NCBI GenBank assembly: GCA_964544145.1
Contig: CAZJAT010000003.1
Coordinates: forward strand, 7,804 to 71,803
Length of the DNA stretch: 64,000 nucleotides
Direction: 5' to 3'
DNA from: an uncultured Bacteroidales bacterium
GTDB taxonomy: Bacteria > Hydrothermota > 32-111
Shown here in pieces: positions 9,513 to 19,616 of this stretch; position 1 is the first letter of the stretch, and the number at the start of each line of letters is the position of its first letter. The position numbers were made by a program, and so were the translations under genes. The notes below the pieces were generated by a model. The model saw nothing but the letters and a program-made list of their open reading frames with translations, did not search any database and was not told where the DNA came from.

Positions 9513-12083
9513 TTAATTAAAAATCATTGTCTTTTTGTTTATAATACTGTTTCCTGCTGTTATACGTATAAATAAAATACCGCTGTGATATATCCCTATA
9601 TCCTTACTGTTCAGTTCATATTCACCCTGCTCAAGAATACCGTTAACAGGTATACCTATAACCCTTCCAGTAATATCAAGTAATTCGATTTTTACATGCT
9701 TTTTATCAGATACTGTATATGAGAAAATGCCTCCATTTCCCATTACAGCGGGTACATGACATGATATACCTGAATTATAAGTATCCATATCAATAATTGA
9801 CGATAGATCTGTCTTGTAGCCCACTAACCAATATGATGTTGAATCAATATTCGCTGTAATAGCAATAGTATCGATAACAGGATTGACCCTCAGGATATTG
9901 TTTATGTCATCATTCCTTATATTATCTGAACCTGTTGTTTCATATACTGAAATACTGCCTCTGTATATACCGGAATTATGTTCCGTTTCCAAAAGAGTCA
10001 CTGCAATGCCCTGTGTATAAATATTAGAACTAATAATAGAAACAGCAACTTCTCTCATATCAGGAAAAACATTCTGTCCATATAGAGAGATATACAGAGT
10101 ACCGGGATTATATAATGTATCAATGACAAATGCATATGAAGTATCCGCATATGTTCTGACAGAATCAACCATAACGGGCTCTCTCTGTGCACCTGATATG
10201 AAATCAGATGAAAATGGTGTAAAATCTATATAACCATTTACTGTGCCTGAAATATCAATGGAATCGGTGTGAAACCAATAATTATTTTCACAATTCAATG
10301 TGTCATTTGTCAAATTGATAATCTCTGTATCTGCCTGGAATGTATTGTAATAGATATTACTTGCCGCAATAGATACAGATATACCGGGACCTGAATTAGC
10401 TGAAATATGTGCAAATCCTGATTGAGTATTCCCTGTACTTCCATTATCTGTGATAAAACTGGAATCAATGATTATCTGTGCATTTAAGGTATCATATATT
10501 GCTCCTCCAATGCCTGCTGAATTATTTGCGATGATACATTGACTGATACTAATATTAACATCATCACAACCTACCAATGCTCCGCCTCCATTAGCCGCAG
10601 AATTACCGTAAATAAGATTAGCTGTCAGTGCTGCTGATGCATCACTATAAACAAAAATACCGCCTCCGCCAATTCTGGATGTATTATTCATGATTTCATT
10701 ATTATTTAATATTGGAGCAGAATAATCATATATGAATAATCCCCCTCCATATCGCAGACATGAATTACCTTTTATTATATTATTCTCAATTATCGGATCA
10801 GAGTAGAATTGTGCATGAATGGCGCCGCCATATAATGCAGTTGAATTATTCATGAAAGAATTGCCTTTTATCAGAGGATCGCAGTGGTCATCCATAAATA
10901 TCCCCCCTCCGAATTGATTCACAGAATTACTGTGAATAATATTGTCTTCAATTGAGGGGGAACAGTTTATATACAATCCTATGCCCCCGCCTGCATCAGA
11001 AGCAATATTGTCAATTATACTATTTTTGCTGATAATAGGTGATGACTCATTGACTGCCATTATACCTCCGCCTGCAGAAGCCGAATTATTTGATATTGTA
11101 TTACTGTCAATAATTGTATTAGATGAATCTGCAAGACCTATACCTGCACCGAATTCTGCAATATTATTGGATATGGTATTCCCGTAAAACAGCGATAAAT
11201 TATCATGTATAATGCATATACCCCCTCCCGCGCTGTCTGCAAAATTCTGTGATATATCGGAAAAATTGACATTTATTTGCGAGTTCTCTATATGAAGCCC
11301 GCCGCCATTACCGCTTGATGCCGAATTGAAATTGATTGAGCAGCTGTCAATAATGATATTGCTGCTGTTCAATACCGCAATTCCTCCAACATCCGGCGCA
11401 TTATTATTGAGAATATTATTGTTAATTATACTTGCCTGCGAATTGGAAATTGCCATTCCGCCTGCTGCAAGAGATGAGCTGTCAAACACAACTGTATTGT
11501 ATCTTATAACAGGATTAGAGAGAGAATCAACACATATACCGGCTCCGATTATAGCTTTATTGCCTGATATATAATTACCCGTGATTTCCGGTTCTGCTCC
11601 ATTCCATATCATTATGCCTCCTCCATAATTGCTTGTTATATTGTCAGCAATAATGCAGGAATCAATAAATGGATTAGAATTACTGATAAATACACCGGCT
11701 CCAGGTTCTGATGTATTTGCCCCGGTGATTGTAAGATATTTCAATCCGCTGTAGCAGTCACCCAGATTCCAGAATGATACTACATGATTGGCAGAATTAG
11801 TCATACCTTGGTCCATTGCTGTCAATGTACATTGTAGTGCACTTATACCTATTAATATAACAGAATCTCTCATCACAAGACCCGAATCACCATTTATGAA
11901 TAAATGATATGTGCCTGGCATAAGTATTATTGTATCCGGATTAAACAGAGGAAATCCTGCAGCAGCATCAATATAATGCTGTAATGAATCACCCTCATCA
12001 CCCGTTGTGTCAATCACGGCTACTGCAGCTGAAATAAATGTGAACATTAATATTAGAATTAATAATAGGACAGTATTTTTCAT
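9513..12083 (-). CDS. secreted right-handed parallel beta-helix repeat protein with T9SS C-terminal sorting domain
   Basis: 856 aa with a signal peptide and many Gly/Asn/Ser-rich PbH1-like repeats (NxxGGGI/ANNxA). The C-terminus 'VKIELLDITGRVI...GEYELN...GIYHSGILFIRITAGN..KK' matches the Por/T9SS CTD pattern. Confidence 0.7.
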   Translation of the reverse strand: MKNTVLLLILILMFTFISAAVAVIDTTGDEGDSLQHYIDAAAGFPLFNPDTIILMPGTYHLFINGDSGLVMRDSVILIGISALQCTLTAMDQGMTNSANHVVSFWNLGDCYSGLKYLTITGANTSEPGAGVFISNSNPFIDSCIIADNITSNYGGGIMIWNGAEPEITGNYISGNKAIIGAGICVDSLSNPVIRYNTVVFDSSSLAAGGMAISNSQASIINNNILNNNAPDVGGIAVLNSSNIIIDSCSINFNSASSGNGGGLHIENSQINVNFSDISQNFADSAGGGICIIHDNLSLFYGNTISNNIAEFGAGIGLADSSNTIIDSNTISNNSASAGGGIMAVNESSPIISKNSIIDNIASDAGGGIGLYINCSPSIEDNIIHSNSVNQFGGGIFMDDHCDPLIKGNSFMNNSTALYGGAIHAQFYSDPIIENNIIKGNSCLRYGGGLFIYDYSAPILNNNEIMNNTSRIGGGGIFVYSDASAALTANLIYGNSAANGGGALVGCDDVNISISQCIIANNSAGIGGAIYDTLNAQIIIDSSFITDNGSTGNTQSGFAHISANSGPGISVSIAASNIYYNTFQADTEIINLTNDTLNCENNYWFHTDSIDISGTVNGYIDFTPFSSDFISGAQREPVMVDSVRTYADTSYAFVIDTLYNPGTLYISLYGQNVFPDMREVAVSIISSNIYTQGIAVTLLETEHNSGIYRGSISVYETTGSDNIRNDDINNILRVNPVIDTIAITANIDSTSYWLVGYKTDLSSIIDMDTYNSGISCHVPAVMGNGGIFSYTVSDKKHVKIELLDITGRVIGIPVNGILEQGEYELNSKDIGIYHSGILFIRITAGNSIINKKTMIFN

Positions 12084-12151
12084 GCAACCTCCCGAATTTG
12101 TTATTTCTGATTTTATCCAATTAATAATTCACTGTCAACACATCTTTGTAT

Positions 12152-12432
12152 AGGGCCGGGTGTCTATTTTTGTAACCTTTTATTACGTTTATTGCATTAT
12201 TGCGATTGAGTCATTTTAAGTTAAGTTATTACATTAGTTCGTAATGTAATAAATTTTAAAAATTTAATTATAATAATATTGGAAATATTTTTTTTTGCAA
12301 ATCTGCAAATAAATTAAATCTTCTTAAGCAATCTATTAGAATGATTTACGGTATTGAAATATATATTTGATTGCTTTTATATTTGAAAATTTGCTAAATG
12401 CGAAAAGGTTACAAAAATAGACACCCGGCCCT
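12152..12432. mobile_element. miniature non-coding element bounded by perfect 30-bp inverted repeats (MITE-like/REP-doublet derivative of the RAYT element at 40445..41377)
   Basis: 12152-12181 reads AGGGCCGGGTGTCTATTTTTGTAACCTTTT and its exact reverse complement lies at 12403-12432. The 221 bp between them are AT-rich with no ORF. The repeats differ at only 3 positions from the repeats flanking the transposase gene at 40.4-41.4 kb. Confidence 0.6.
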
Positions 12433-12480
12433 GTTAGGTATTGACATATATTTCTATTGTGGTATATTAATAATCAATAT

Positions 12481-12555
12481 CGCGGGGTGGAGCAGTGGTA
12501 GCTCATTGGGCTCATAACCCAAAGGCCGTAGGTTCAAATCCTACCCCCGCTACCA
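12481..12555 (+). tRNA. initiator tRNA-fMet (CAT)
   Basis: CGCGGGGTGGAGCAGTGGTAGCTCATTGGGCTCATAACCCAAAGGCCGTAGGTTCAAATCCTACCCCCGCTACCA. It has the three consecutive G-C pairs in the anticodon stem, an unpaired C1, and near-identity to the canonical bacterial tRNA-fMet. Confidence 0.85.
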
Positions 12556-13595
12556 ATTCCCAATATATTATTAATTTCTGCAAGACGCTGTGAATTTATT
12601 ACATATTTCATTGCCCTATTATATGCAGCATCAGCTTCCCTGTCATATATTTCCCTGTTTATGCAGAGTTTTATAATATGATTTATCAGCATTTGCTCAT
12701 CACCCTCATCTGCCATAATAGTACTGAATTCAAGGGATTCATTGAGTCCTCCCGATGCATATCCAATTGCCGGTTTATGGAATAATCCTGCCTCCTGCAC
12801 AACTATTCCAAAACCCTCTATATGGTTTTTATCAGACACTGATGGCATAACAAGCAAATCAATATCATTGTAAAACCTGGAACGTGATTGATTGTCAGGG
12901 CAATCCCTGAATTCTACCATATGTTCAATATGGCTATCAGCAACAAATTGTCTGCACAGCTTTAACTCATCTCCCCTGCCTGCTATGATGTAATGTAATC
13001 TGAAATTATCTCTCTTTAATAATGCTTCGATTTTGGTTAGTTTTTTTAGTATTGCCATAATATTCTTATGTTTCTCAATACGTCCTATAGACCCGATTGT
13101 GAATATATCCTTACTCCTTTTCCTGATCTGAGGTTCATAATCATCCATATCCAACAGAGGTGGAAATACAATACTATCCTGCTTGATCAGTGATGATGTA
13201 TAATGCGAAATACTTATAATAAGATCAGCATTATTTAATACAGAATTAACTGTAGGCCTGGGCTTGAGGTAATTTCTGGAGATAATTTCCTGTCCATAAA
13301 TAAATAACACCTTCTTTGCATTGGGTTTCAATATATTAACCATCCATGCAAGAGGAAATATTGTTCTTAAAATAATTATATCATATTCTTTTTTAAAAAT
13401 ATTTTTCAGCACTGAAAGATAATTGATTTTTGAAACAGCATGATAATGAATGCCATCACATTGAGCTTTAACTCCAAACACATGCACTTCCACATTATGC
13501 TTATCCTTTATTAATTTATAAAAATTGAATGAATCAGTAGCGACCCCTCCCATTAAGGGATAAAAATCACTACTCAGTATGAGTATGTTTGCCAT
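12534..13595 (-). CDS. glycosyltransferase family 4 (GT-B)
   Basis: 353 aa with a C-terminal 'E(x7)E'-type GT4 motif (VQEAGLFHKPAIGYASGGLNESL). The last 7 codons lie inside the 3' end of tRNA-fMet on the opposite strand. Confidence 0.7.
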   Translation of the reverse strand: MANILILSSDFYPLMGGVATDSFNFYKLIKDKHNVEVHVFGVKAQCDGIHYHAVSKINYLSVLKNIFKKEYDIIILRTIFPLAWMVNILKPNAKKVLFIYGQEIISRNYLKPRPTVNSVLNNADLIISISHYTSSLIKQDSIVFPPLLDMDDYEPQIRKRSKDIFTIGSIGRIEKHKNIMAILKKLTKIEALLKRDNFRLHYIIAGRGDELKLCRQFVADSHIEHMVEFRDCPDNQSRSRFYNDIDLLVMPSVSDKNHIEGFGIVVQEAGLFHKPAIGYASGGLNESLEFSTIMADEGDEQMLINHIIKLCINREIYDREADAAYNRAMKYVINSQRLAEINNILGIGSGGRI

Positions 13596-14338
13596 TTGAC
13601 AGGTCTCAGGATTCTATTGAAACGAATAAATTCCCAGATCTTCCAAATTGGTTTTTCCTTATCAAATGAGAAATAGTAGAAGAAGGGAGTGCCTATAACA
13701 TATTCCCTCTTTAATGGTCCCCAGAAACGTGAGTCATCACTGTTATCCCTATTATCACCCATCATGAAATATGAACCTTCAGGTACAATAACAGGACCAA
13801 AATTATCTCTTGCAGCAATACTTATTTGTCTATTATTATAGAATTCACCTGATTCCCATATCCTCTGATAATCCTCAGCAGATATCTCATAAGGCAGTAT
13901 CTCTTGAAGTGATGGGTATTCACGCATATCCGAATGTATTGCAAAAGGTTCTTCAAAAGTTTTACCATTAATGTAAAGAATCTTATTCCTGACTTCAATT
14001 GTATCACCCGGGACACCAACACATCGTTTTACAAAAGGTCTTCCATCAATGGGAAATTTGAAAACAACAATATCACCCTTTACGGGATTCCTGTAACGCA
14101 GGATTTCTTCAGACGAGAATGGTATGTTTGATGAGTATTTTAAACGATTGACAAACATCAAATCATTGATTAGTAATGTGTTTTTCATTGAACCGGAAAA
14201 AACCATATATGATTGAACAAAAAATGATTTTATGAGAAATACAGCAACAGCTGCAAATAATATTGCTTCCATCCAGTCAAACATTCTGTCTTTCTTTGTT
14301 TTATCTGTTTTATCCTTGAGGTTTCTCCGAAAAAGCAT
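13574..14338 (-). CDS. lepB: signal peptidase I
   Basis: N-terminal TM, 'SGSMKNTL' Ser box, 'KRCVGVPGD' and 'GDNRDNSDDSRFWG' (S26 box E). Confidence 0.85.
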   Translation of the reverse strand: MLFRRNLKDKTDKTKKDRMFDWMEAILFAAVAVFLIKSFFVQSYMVFSGSMKNTLLINDLMFVNRLKYSSNIPFSSEEILRYRNPVKGDIVVFKFPIDGRPFVKRCVGVPGDTIEVRNKILYINGKTFEEPFAIHSDMREYPSLQEILPYEISAEDYQRIWESGEFYNNRQISIAARDNFGPVIVPEGSYFMMGDNRDNSDDSRFWGPLKREYVIGTPFFYYFSFDKEKPIWKIWEFIRFNRILRPVKWQTYSY

Positions 14339-14669
14339 ATTAGCTCCAATGATATAATTAAAAAATAAGTATAATTAACTATAATTTAATGTCAAGTGAA
14401 TTTGAGGTATCTATCATAACATTTTATTTAATAGTGCAAAGTACAATTCCGGTGATTAAGACACTTTTATTGAATATTATTGGTTATTAGAATTCATATA
14501 ATCATGTATTATTTGTTAGTTTATTATAGAATAACCATAATGTTTTATTATTTAGTATTTAAATTTTCTAAATATTTAGAAAATTATGTATTTATATTAA
14601 TTCTAAATTATAATACATTGACAAATTAATAGAATTAAAGTAAACTATTAAATTGTAAAAGGAGGAGAA

Positions 14670-17600
14670 ATGCTTGATTTTTTTTCAAAAGATCCTGCTA
14701 AGATAATTGAGAAATGCAATAAATTAAGATTAGAGGGCAAATACGATAAAGCTGAGCAAATTCTCAGAAAAAATATCAAAAACACCCCTGATGATTATCT
14801 TTTTCTGCTTGAGTTGGGTAGAGTACAATTTGAACAGGATAAGTTATTTGAATCAGTTGCTTCATTTAAAAGCGCTTATTATCAGAAAGCAGATGCGATA
14901 AATAACATCATTGATGTTGTTGAGGACATTCATTTCAGAAGTGAAAATAAAGAATACACAGGAAAATTACTGATTGAATTATATATTAAGAAAAAAGATT
15001 CAGACAATATTCATAAAATCATTAAGACCATATCCAAAGAAGCAGTCGAACGTATTAACAATGATACGAAGAAAAAGTACCTCACAATTAAAAAGGATAG
15101 ACCCGCATCGGGTCTCACAAAGAAAGATGTAGATATATTCATTATGACGGGTATGCTGGCTATTGTGACAAAGGACTTTGAAACAGCTGAAAATGCTTTT
15201 TCAGCAGTATTTAAGAATAAACCCATTGAGCGAAATTTTATTTTACAGCAATATATGGAAGCGACACAGTATAATTATTCAGAACCGGAACCTTTCATGA
15301 CTATTGGCGACTTTTATATGATAATGGGAGAAAAAGATAAGGCAATCAATTTCTTTCAGAGAGCAATAAAGCTTAATCCGGATCTTAAAGACATTGTTGC
15401 AACAAAACTTGATGAAATAGTCAGCAATACAGACAATCTGTCTGAGACAGGAAAATTCTCAGCTGCTGATGTATACGTGAACAAAGGCGACCTGGCAAAA
15501 GCAGCAATGATATTAAGCAATCTCATTGATGAAGGCATTACAGATGTTGATGGCGTTATTAAAAGGCTTAGGAATATACTTGCTAAGACTAATAATAATA
15601 TTGAAACAACCAGGATTCTCATAAAAGCAGTAATGGTTAAAAAGGATTTTGAGCAGGTTATTATTCTTCTCAATAGAATATTTGAATCAGACAAAATGCA
15701 GACTGATTATATTCTAGGAGTTATAACTCAAATAGAGGAAAATGATTTCAGTTTAACTGACAAGGATATACTCAAAGCAAGGGTGTTTACAGAAATAGAC
15801 AAAACAGAAGATGCTGCGAAAATTCTTAAATCTATTTACGACACAGATAAGGATTCTGCATATGATATAGAGGATACTGTCAATATAATACTGGATAAAG
15901 AGAATCAGAACATAACTGCACTGACATTACTTATGTCAATATTCATTGATAGAGCTCAATTACCGAAAGCAAAAACTCTACTATCATTTACTGACTCGCT
16001 GGAAGACGAGAAATTCAATGAGTTTTCAAGATATCATTATGAGATACTCAATGAAAAATATCCTGATGATCTTGAATTGAAATTACCTCTTGCAATTGCA
16101 TACATTCGGAAAAACAATATAGAAAAAGCATCCAAACTGATTAATTCAATTATTACTGCCGATCCTGACTTATTCTACGAAATTGCCCCTCATCTATTTG
16201 AACCCTCTTCATCAGACACGGAAATTGCAAAGGGAATCCTTCATATTCTGGAATCAGTCGACCATGATAGCATAGACAAATATCTCTATGAATTTACTAT
16301 TGCTGAGGTTGCTTACCTTGCAGGGGATGTCAAACAATCATTGGATAGGGTTCTCAGACTTTTTGAGGAATATCCCGACAATGAAGAGCAATTGATGGGT
16401 ATTATTGACAGGATGTCGCAAAAATACAGTGATAATCAGGAAATAAAAGAATTTGAGTTTAAATTTTATGTAAATAAGAAGGAATACGACAAAGCATTAA
16501 CTGCGGTAATTGCCCTCTCTTCCAATAAAGAGGTAATGGGTCATGTACTTGATGATTTATATTTACTGCACAAGCATGTCCCCGATAATTATGATGTAAT
16601 GATGAATATTCTCAAAGTACTTGATGATATGGGTATGTATGAGAAAATGATTTCAGAAGCAAAAACATTTGTTGAACGCGTACCTCAAGAAAGATCCGGT
16701 TTGGTAAGATTCTATATAGGGAAATCCTATGCAAAGCGCGGTCAGGTAAATGATGCAGCTACATACATATTCCAGGCAATAACTCTGGAAGATACGATAA
16801 TTGAAGAGGCTATTCTGATATTGGTTGATCTACTCAAAATTGATTATTCATCAATAAAATTGCACTATTCGCTGGCTCATGCTTATCAGAAAAATAATGA
16901 TATTGACAAAGCTATTGATGAATTGATGGAGATTTACCGAATTGATGACAAACAGATTGATATAGTGTTGAGGGATCTTGATATTTTTCATGATACAGTA
17001 AAATCCAATCCCAAATTATTATTTGCAATTGGTCAGCTTAAGATGAAGAAAATTGAATATACAGAGGGTGTTGAAAGGCTGATGGAATCGTATCGGTTGG
17101 ATAATTCATATATGGACCCTGTACTCAATCTATTGAAAACAATGCAGGAAACTGAAAACATTGAAAGCGGAGAGATACTCTTCACTATGGGTACATTATA
17201 TGCAGATAAAGGAATGTATAAGATGGCATCTGATCATTTATACAATGCCATGTCCATTGAGACATCATTAAAAGAACAAGTGATAAACAAATTACAGGTT
17301 ATTATTAATAAACAACCGGAAGAAATCTATGCCAGATACTCATTGACACAGGTTTACAGTGATATGCATAATTATATTCAAGCTATACAATTGTTAAGAC
17401 AAATTGAAACAATAAATCCTTCTGAGAGTGAAAACATTATTGAATATTATAATTCAATGCTTGCCATAGAACCGCAGAACACTTCACTGCTTCTCTCTCT
17501 TGGTGATTCTTATCTTAATACAGGGAATGAATCAGCAGGGATGGATATATACAGCAAAGCAATAGCTGCTGATAAAAATCTTCCCGACACTGTCATAGAG

Positions 17601-18440
17601 AAATTGCTGGATTATGACAATAAAACACTTGAGGTTCAATTTTTTCTTTCTGATCTATACAGGGATAAAAGTGATTATGAATCATCTGTCAATTGGCTCA
17701 ACTCTGTATATCTCACTGATATAAATGAACAAGAAAAAATAAAACAGAAATTAAATACAATTCTAAGTCAGTCACCTGAACAACAGAATGCATTAATGCT
17801 TTTATCAAATATTTATTATAATCAAGAAGATTATGACAGTTTGATTAAACTCTCATTTGATATTTTTGAGAAATCCTCTGTTCAAGAGATGAAATTCCGC
17901 TCTGGTATGCTGCTTTCTCAAGCATATAGAAAAATCAGCAAGCAAGACAAAGCGGATGATATTATATCTAAAATGATTAAAGAAAACAGAATGCTCTATT
18001 ACACTGTTCTCATTCAATTCTATGAACAGGAAAAAAGTTCCAGGGTATTCAAATTACGCAAGCACCTTGACAGTGATCCCGAGAACCAAGAATTGATTGT
18101 CGAGTATGCTGCAAATCTTATTGCACAGAATAACTTTGAATCAGCAAAAAATGTTCTTATATTCAAATCTGAGATCGAAGAAATTGAGTATGAGAGAATA
18201 TATCTGCTTTCAAAGATAAGTGAGGCAAACAATAATCTCATTTTCGCCCTGCAGATAGCAACACGATTAAGATATTCAAGTAATATGAAACATATTTCAT
18301 ATTTAATTAAACTGCTTATGAAAATGGGATATCATGGGGAGATTGACAGTATTCTTAAAGAAAACCCGCAATATACAGTATCAATGAATAAATATAATCT
18401 TTCCAAACATGTTTTCGGTGAATATAAGATTTTAACATAA
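14670..18440 (+). CDS. giant tetratricopeptide-repeat (TPR) protein
   Basis: 1256 aa, cytoplasmic, with repeated 34-aa Ala/Tyr/Leu-patterned TPR-like helices throughout. It is preceded by a GGAGG Shine-Dalgarno site. Confidence 0.65.
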   Translation: MLDFFSKDPAKIIEKCNKLRLEGKYDKAEQILRKNIKNTPDDYLFLLELGRVQFEQDKLFESVASFKSAYYQKADAINNIIDVVEDIHFRSENKEYTGKLLIELYIKKKDSDNIHKIIKTISKEAVERINNDTKKKYLTIKKDRPASGLTKKDVDIFIMTGMLAIVTKDFETAENAFSAVFKNKPIERNFILQQYMEATQYNYSEPEPFMTIGDFYMIMGEKDKAINFFQRAIKLNPDLKDIVATKLDEIVSNTDNLSETGKFSAADVYVNKGDLAKAAMILSNLIDEGITDVDGVIKRLRNILAKTNNNIETTRILIKAVMVKKDFEQVIILLNRIFESDKMQTDYILGVITQIEENDFSLTDKDILKARVFTEIDKTEDAAKILKSIYDTDKDSAYDIEDTVNIILDKENQNITALTLLMSIFIDRAQLPKAKTLLSFTDSLEDEKFNEFSRYHYEILNEKYPDDLELKLPLAIAYIRKNNIEKASKLINSIITADPDLFYEIAPHLFEPSSSDTEIAKGILHILESVDHDSIDKYLYEFTIAEVAYLAGDVKQSLDRVLRLFEEYPDNEEQLMGIIDRMSQKYSDNQEIKEFEFKFYVNKKEYDKALTAVIALSSNKEVMGHVLDDLYLLHKHVPDNYDVMMNILKVLDDMGMYEKMISEAKTFVERVPQERSGLVRFYIGKSYAKRGQVNDAATYIFQAITLEDTIIEEAILILVDLLKIDYSSIKLHYSLAHAYQKNNDIDKAIDELMEIYRIDDKQIDIVLRDLDIFHDTVKSNPKLLFAIGQLKMKKIEYTEGVERLMESYRLDNSYMDPVLNLLKTMQETENIESGEILFTMGTLYADKGMYKMASDHLYNAMSIETSLKEQVINKLQVIINKQPEEIYARYSLTQVYSDMHNYIQAIQLLRQIETINPSESENIIEYYNSMLAIEPQNTSLLLSLGDSYLNTGNESAGMDIYSKAIAADKNLPDTVIEKLLDYDNKTLEVQFFLSDLYRDKSDYESSVNWLNSVYLTDINEQEKIKQKLNTILSQSPEQQNALMLLSNIYYNQEDYDSLIKLSFDIFEKSSVQEMKFRSGMLLSQAYRKISKQDKADDIISKMIKENRMLYYTVLIQFYEQEKSSRVFKLRKHLDSDPENQELIVEYAANLIAQNNFESAKNVLIFKSEIEEIEYERIYLLSKISEANNNLIFALQIATRLRYSSNMKHISYLIKLLMKMGYHGEIDSILKENPQYTVSMNKYNLSKHVFGEYKILT

Positions 18441-18452
18441 AAAGGAGTCGTT

Positions 18453-19616
18453 ATGGATAATTCAAATGACAATAAACCCAATGAAAACAACGCTGAAAAT
18501 TCGACTTCACAGAACAGTACTATGAAAATCGAAGAATTAGGTGATATTAAGAAACAGGTTGAGAAAATATCTGAGCAAATGCACAAGAACAGCGAATCAG
18601 CTGATTTTATTCTCAAATCACTTAAAGACATAGAATCCGGTTTGAAAGATAATTATTCTGATTTGAAGAAAGATATTATTGATGATAATATCACAAAAAT
18701 TAAAGAAATTTTAGTTGACGGTAAATACATAAAAATGACTGAGCATGTTGACATGATACAGGAATCAACTGCAAAGATGAAAGAGGATTATAAAGAAATT
18801 CAGATTCATCTGGATGCAATAACGGAGACACTTTCCATACTTCAGGAAACAAATGAACACATAAAGGGTATCAAAGACGGGATCACTGACATATCACATG
18901 ATTTTCAGTCAAAGATTGATGAAATTGATGAGTCCCTTAAGCAGGGCAATGATAAGATGGAGAAAGCAATAACGGAACAGGCAAAAGCATTTGAAAAGGC
19001 ATTGACTGATAACAGGGATTTCTTTGAAAAAGCTATGGAAAATATGAATAAAACATTTGAGAGTATAAAAGATATAGCTGAACAGACAGAAAAAATTTAC
19101 TCATATGAACAGGAACTGTCTGGAATAAGAGGAAAAGAATTCGCTTTGATGCAGTCAAAACAATTAAATGAGAAAGGATTGGTACTGTTCTACAGAGGAG
19201 TATTCTCTGCAGCTTTGGATAATTTCAATAAAGCACTTGAACTTGACCCTCAATCAGCTGAGATACATAATAATATGGGTTATGCTTATCTAAAGAAAAA
19301 AGAGTATGATAAGGCAGAAGAATTATTCAAAAAAGCTATTGATATCTTCCCTGATTTTTCAGAAGCATTCAATAATCTCGGCTTATTGTATATGGATAAC
19401 AATAATTATGAATTGGCGATTGAAAACATTCAGAAAGCTGTATCCCTATTCCCTGATTTTGCAGATGCGTATTATAATCTAGGCAATGCATTTCAATCAT
19501 CAGACAGAATAGATGATGCAATTGATAATTGGTCAAAAGCTATTGAAATAAATCCTTTCCATGAAGAAGCAAAAGAAAAAATAAAACTTTTTAAGAAGGG
19601 AGATGTCAATGTCTGA
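18453..19616 (+). CDS. coiled-coil N-domain / C-terminal TPR-repeat protein
   Basis: 387 aa. The N-terminal 230 aa are E/K/D-rich coiled coil; the C-terminal part has 4 canonical TPRs (NNMGYAYLKKKEYDKAEELFKKAI...). There is a GGAG Shine-Dalgarno site 12 nt after the previous stop. Confidence 0.6.
   Translation: MDNSNDNKPNENNAENSTSQNSTMKIEELGDIKKQVEKISEQMHKNSESADFILKSLKDIESGLKDNYSDLKKDIIDDNITKIKEILVDGKYIKMTEHVDMIQESTAKMKEDYKEIQIHLDAITETLSILQETNEHIKGIKDGITDISHDFQSKIDEIDESLKQGNDKMEKAITEQAKAFEKALTDNRDFFEKAMENMNKTFESIKDIAEQTEKIYSYEQELSGIRGKEFALMQSKQLNEKGLVLFYRGVFSAALDNFNKALELDPQSAEIHNNMGYAYLKKKEYDKAEELFKKAIDIFPDFSEAFNNLGLLYMDNNNYELAIENIQKAVSLFPDFADAYYNLGNAFQSSDRIDDAIDNWSKAIEINPFHEEAKEKIKLFKKGDVNV

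Noticed and set aside
15011-15694. Antisense ORFs (71 and 112 aa) inside the giant TPR gene, and many similar 60-160-aa ORFs inside other long genes (e.g. 35879-37039, 38816-39487, 53670-54155)
   Set aside because: They are embedded in and opposite to genes with strong homology support, they lack ribosome-binding sites, and their composition mirrors the host gene. They are shadow ORFs typical of AT-rich DNA.
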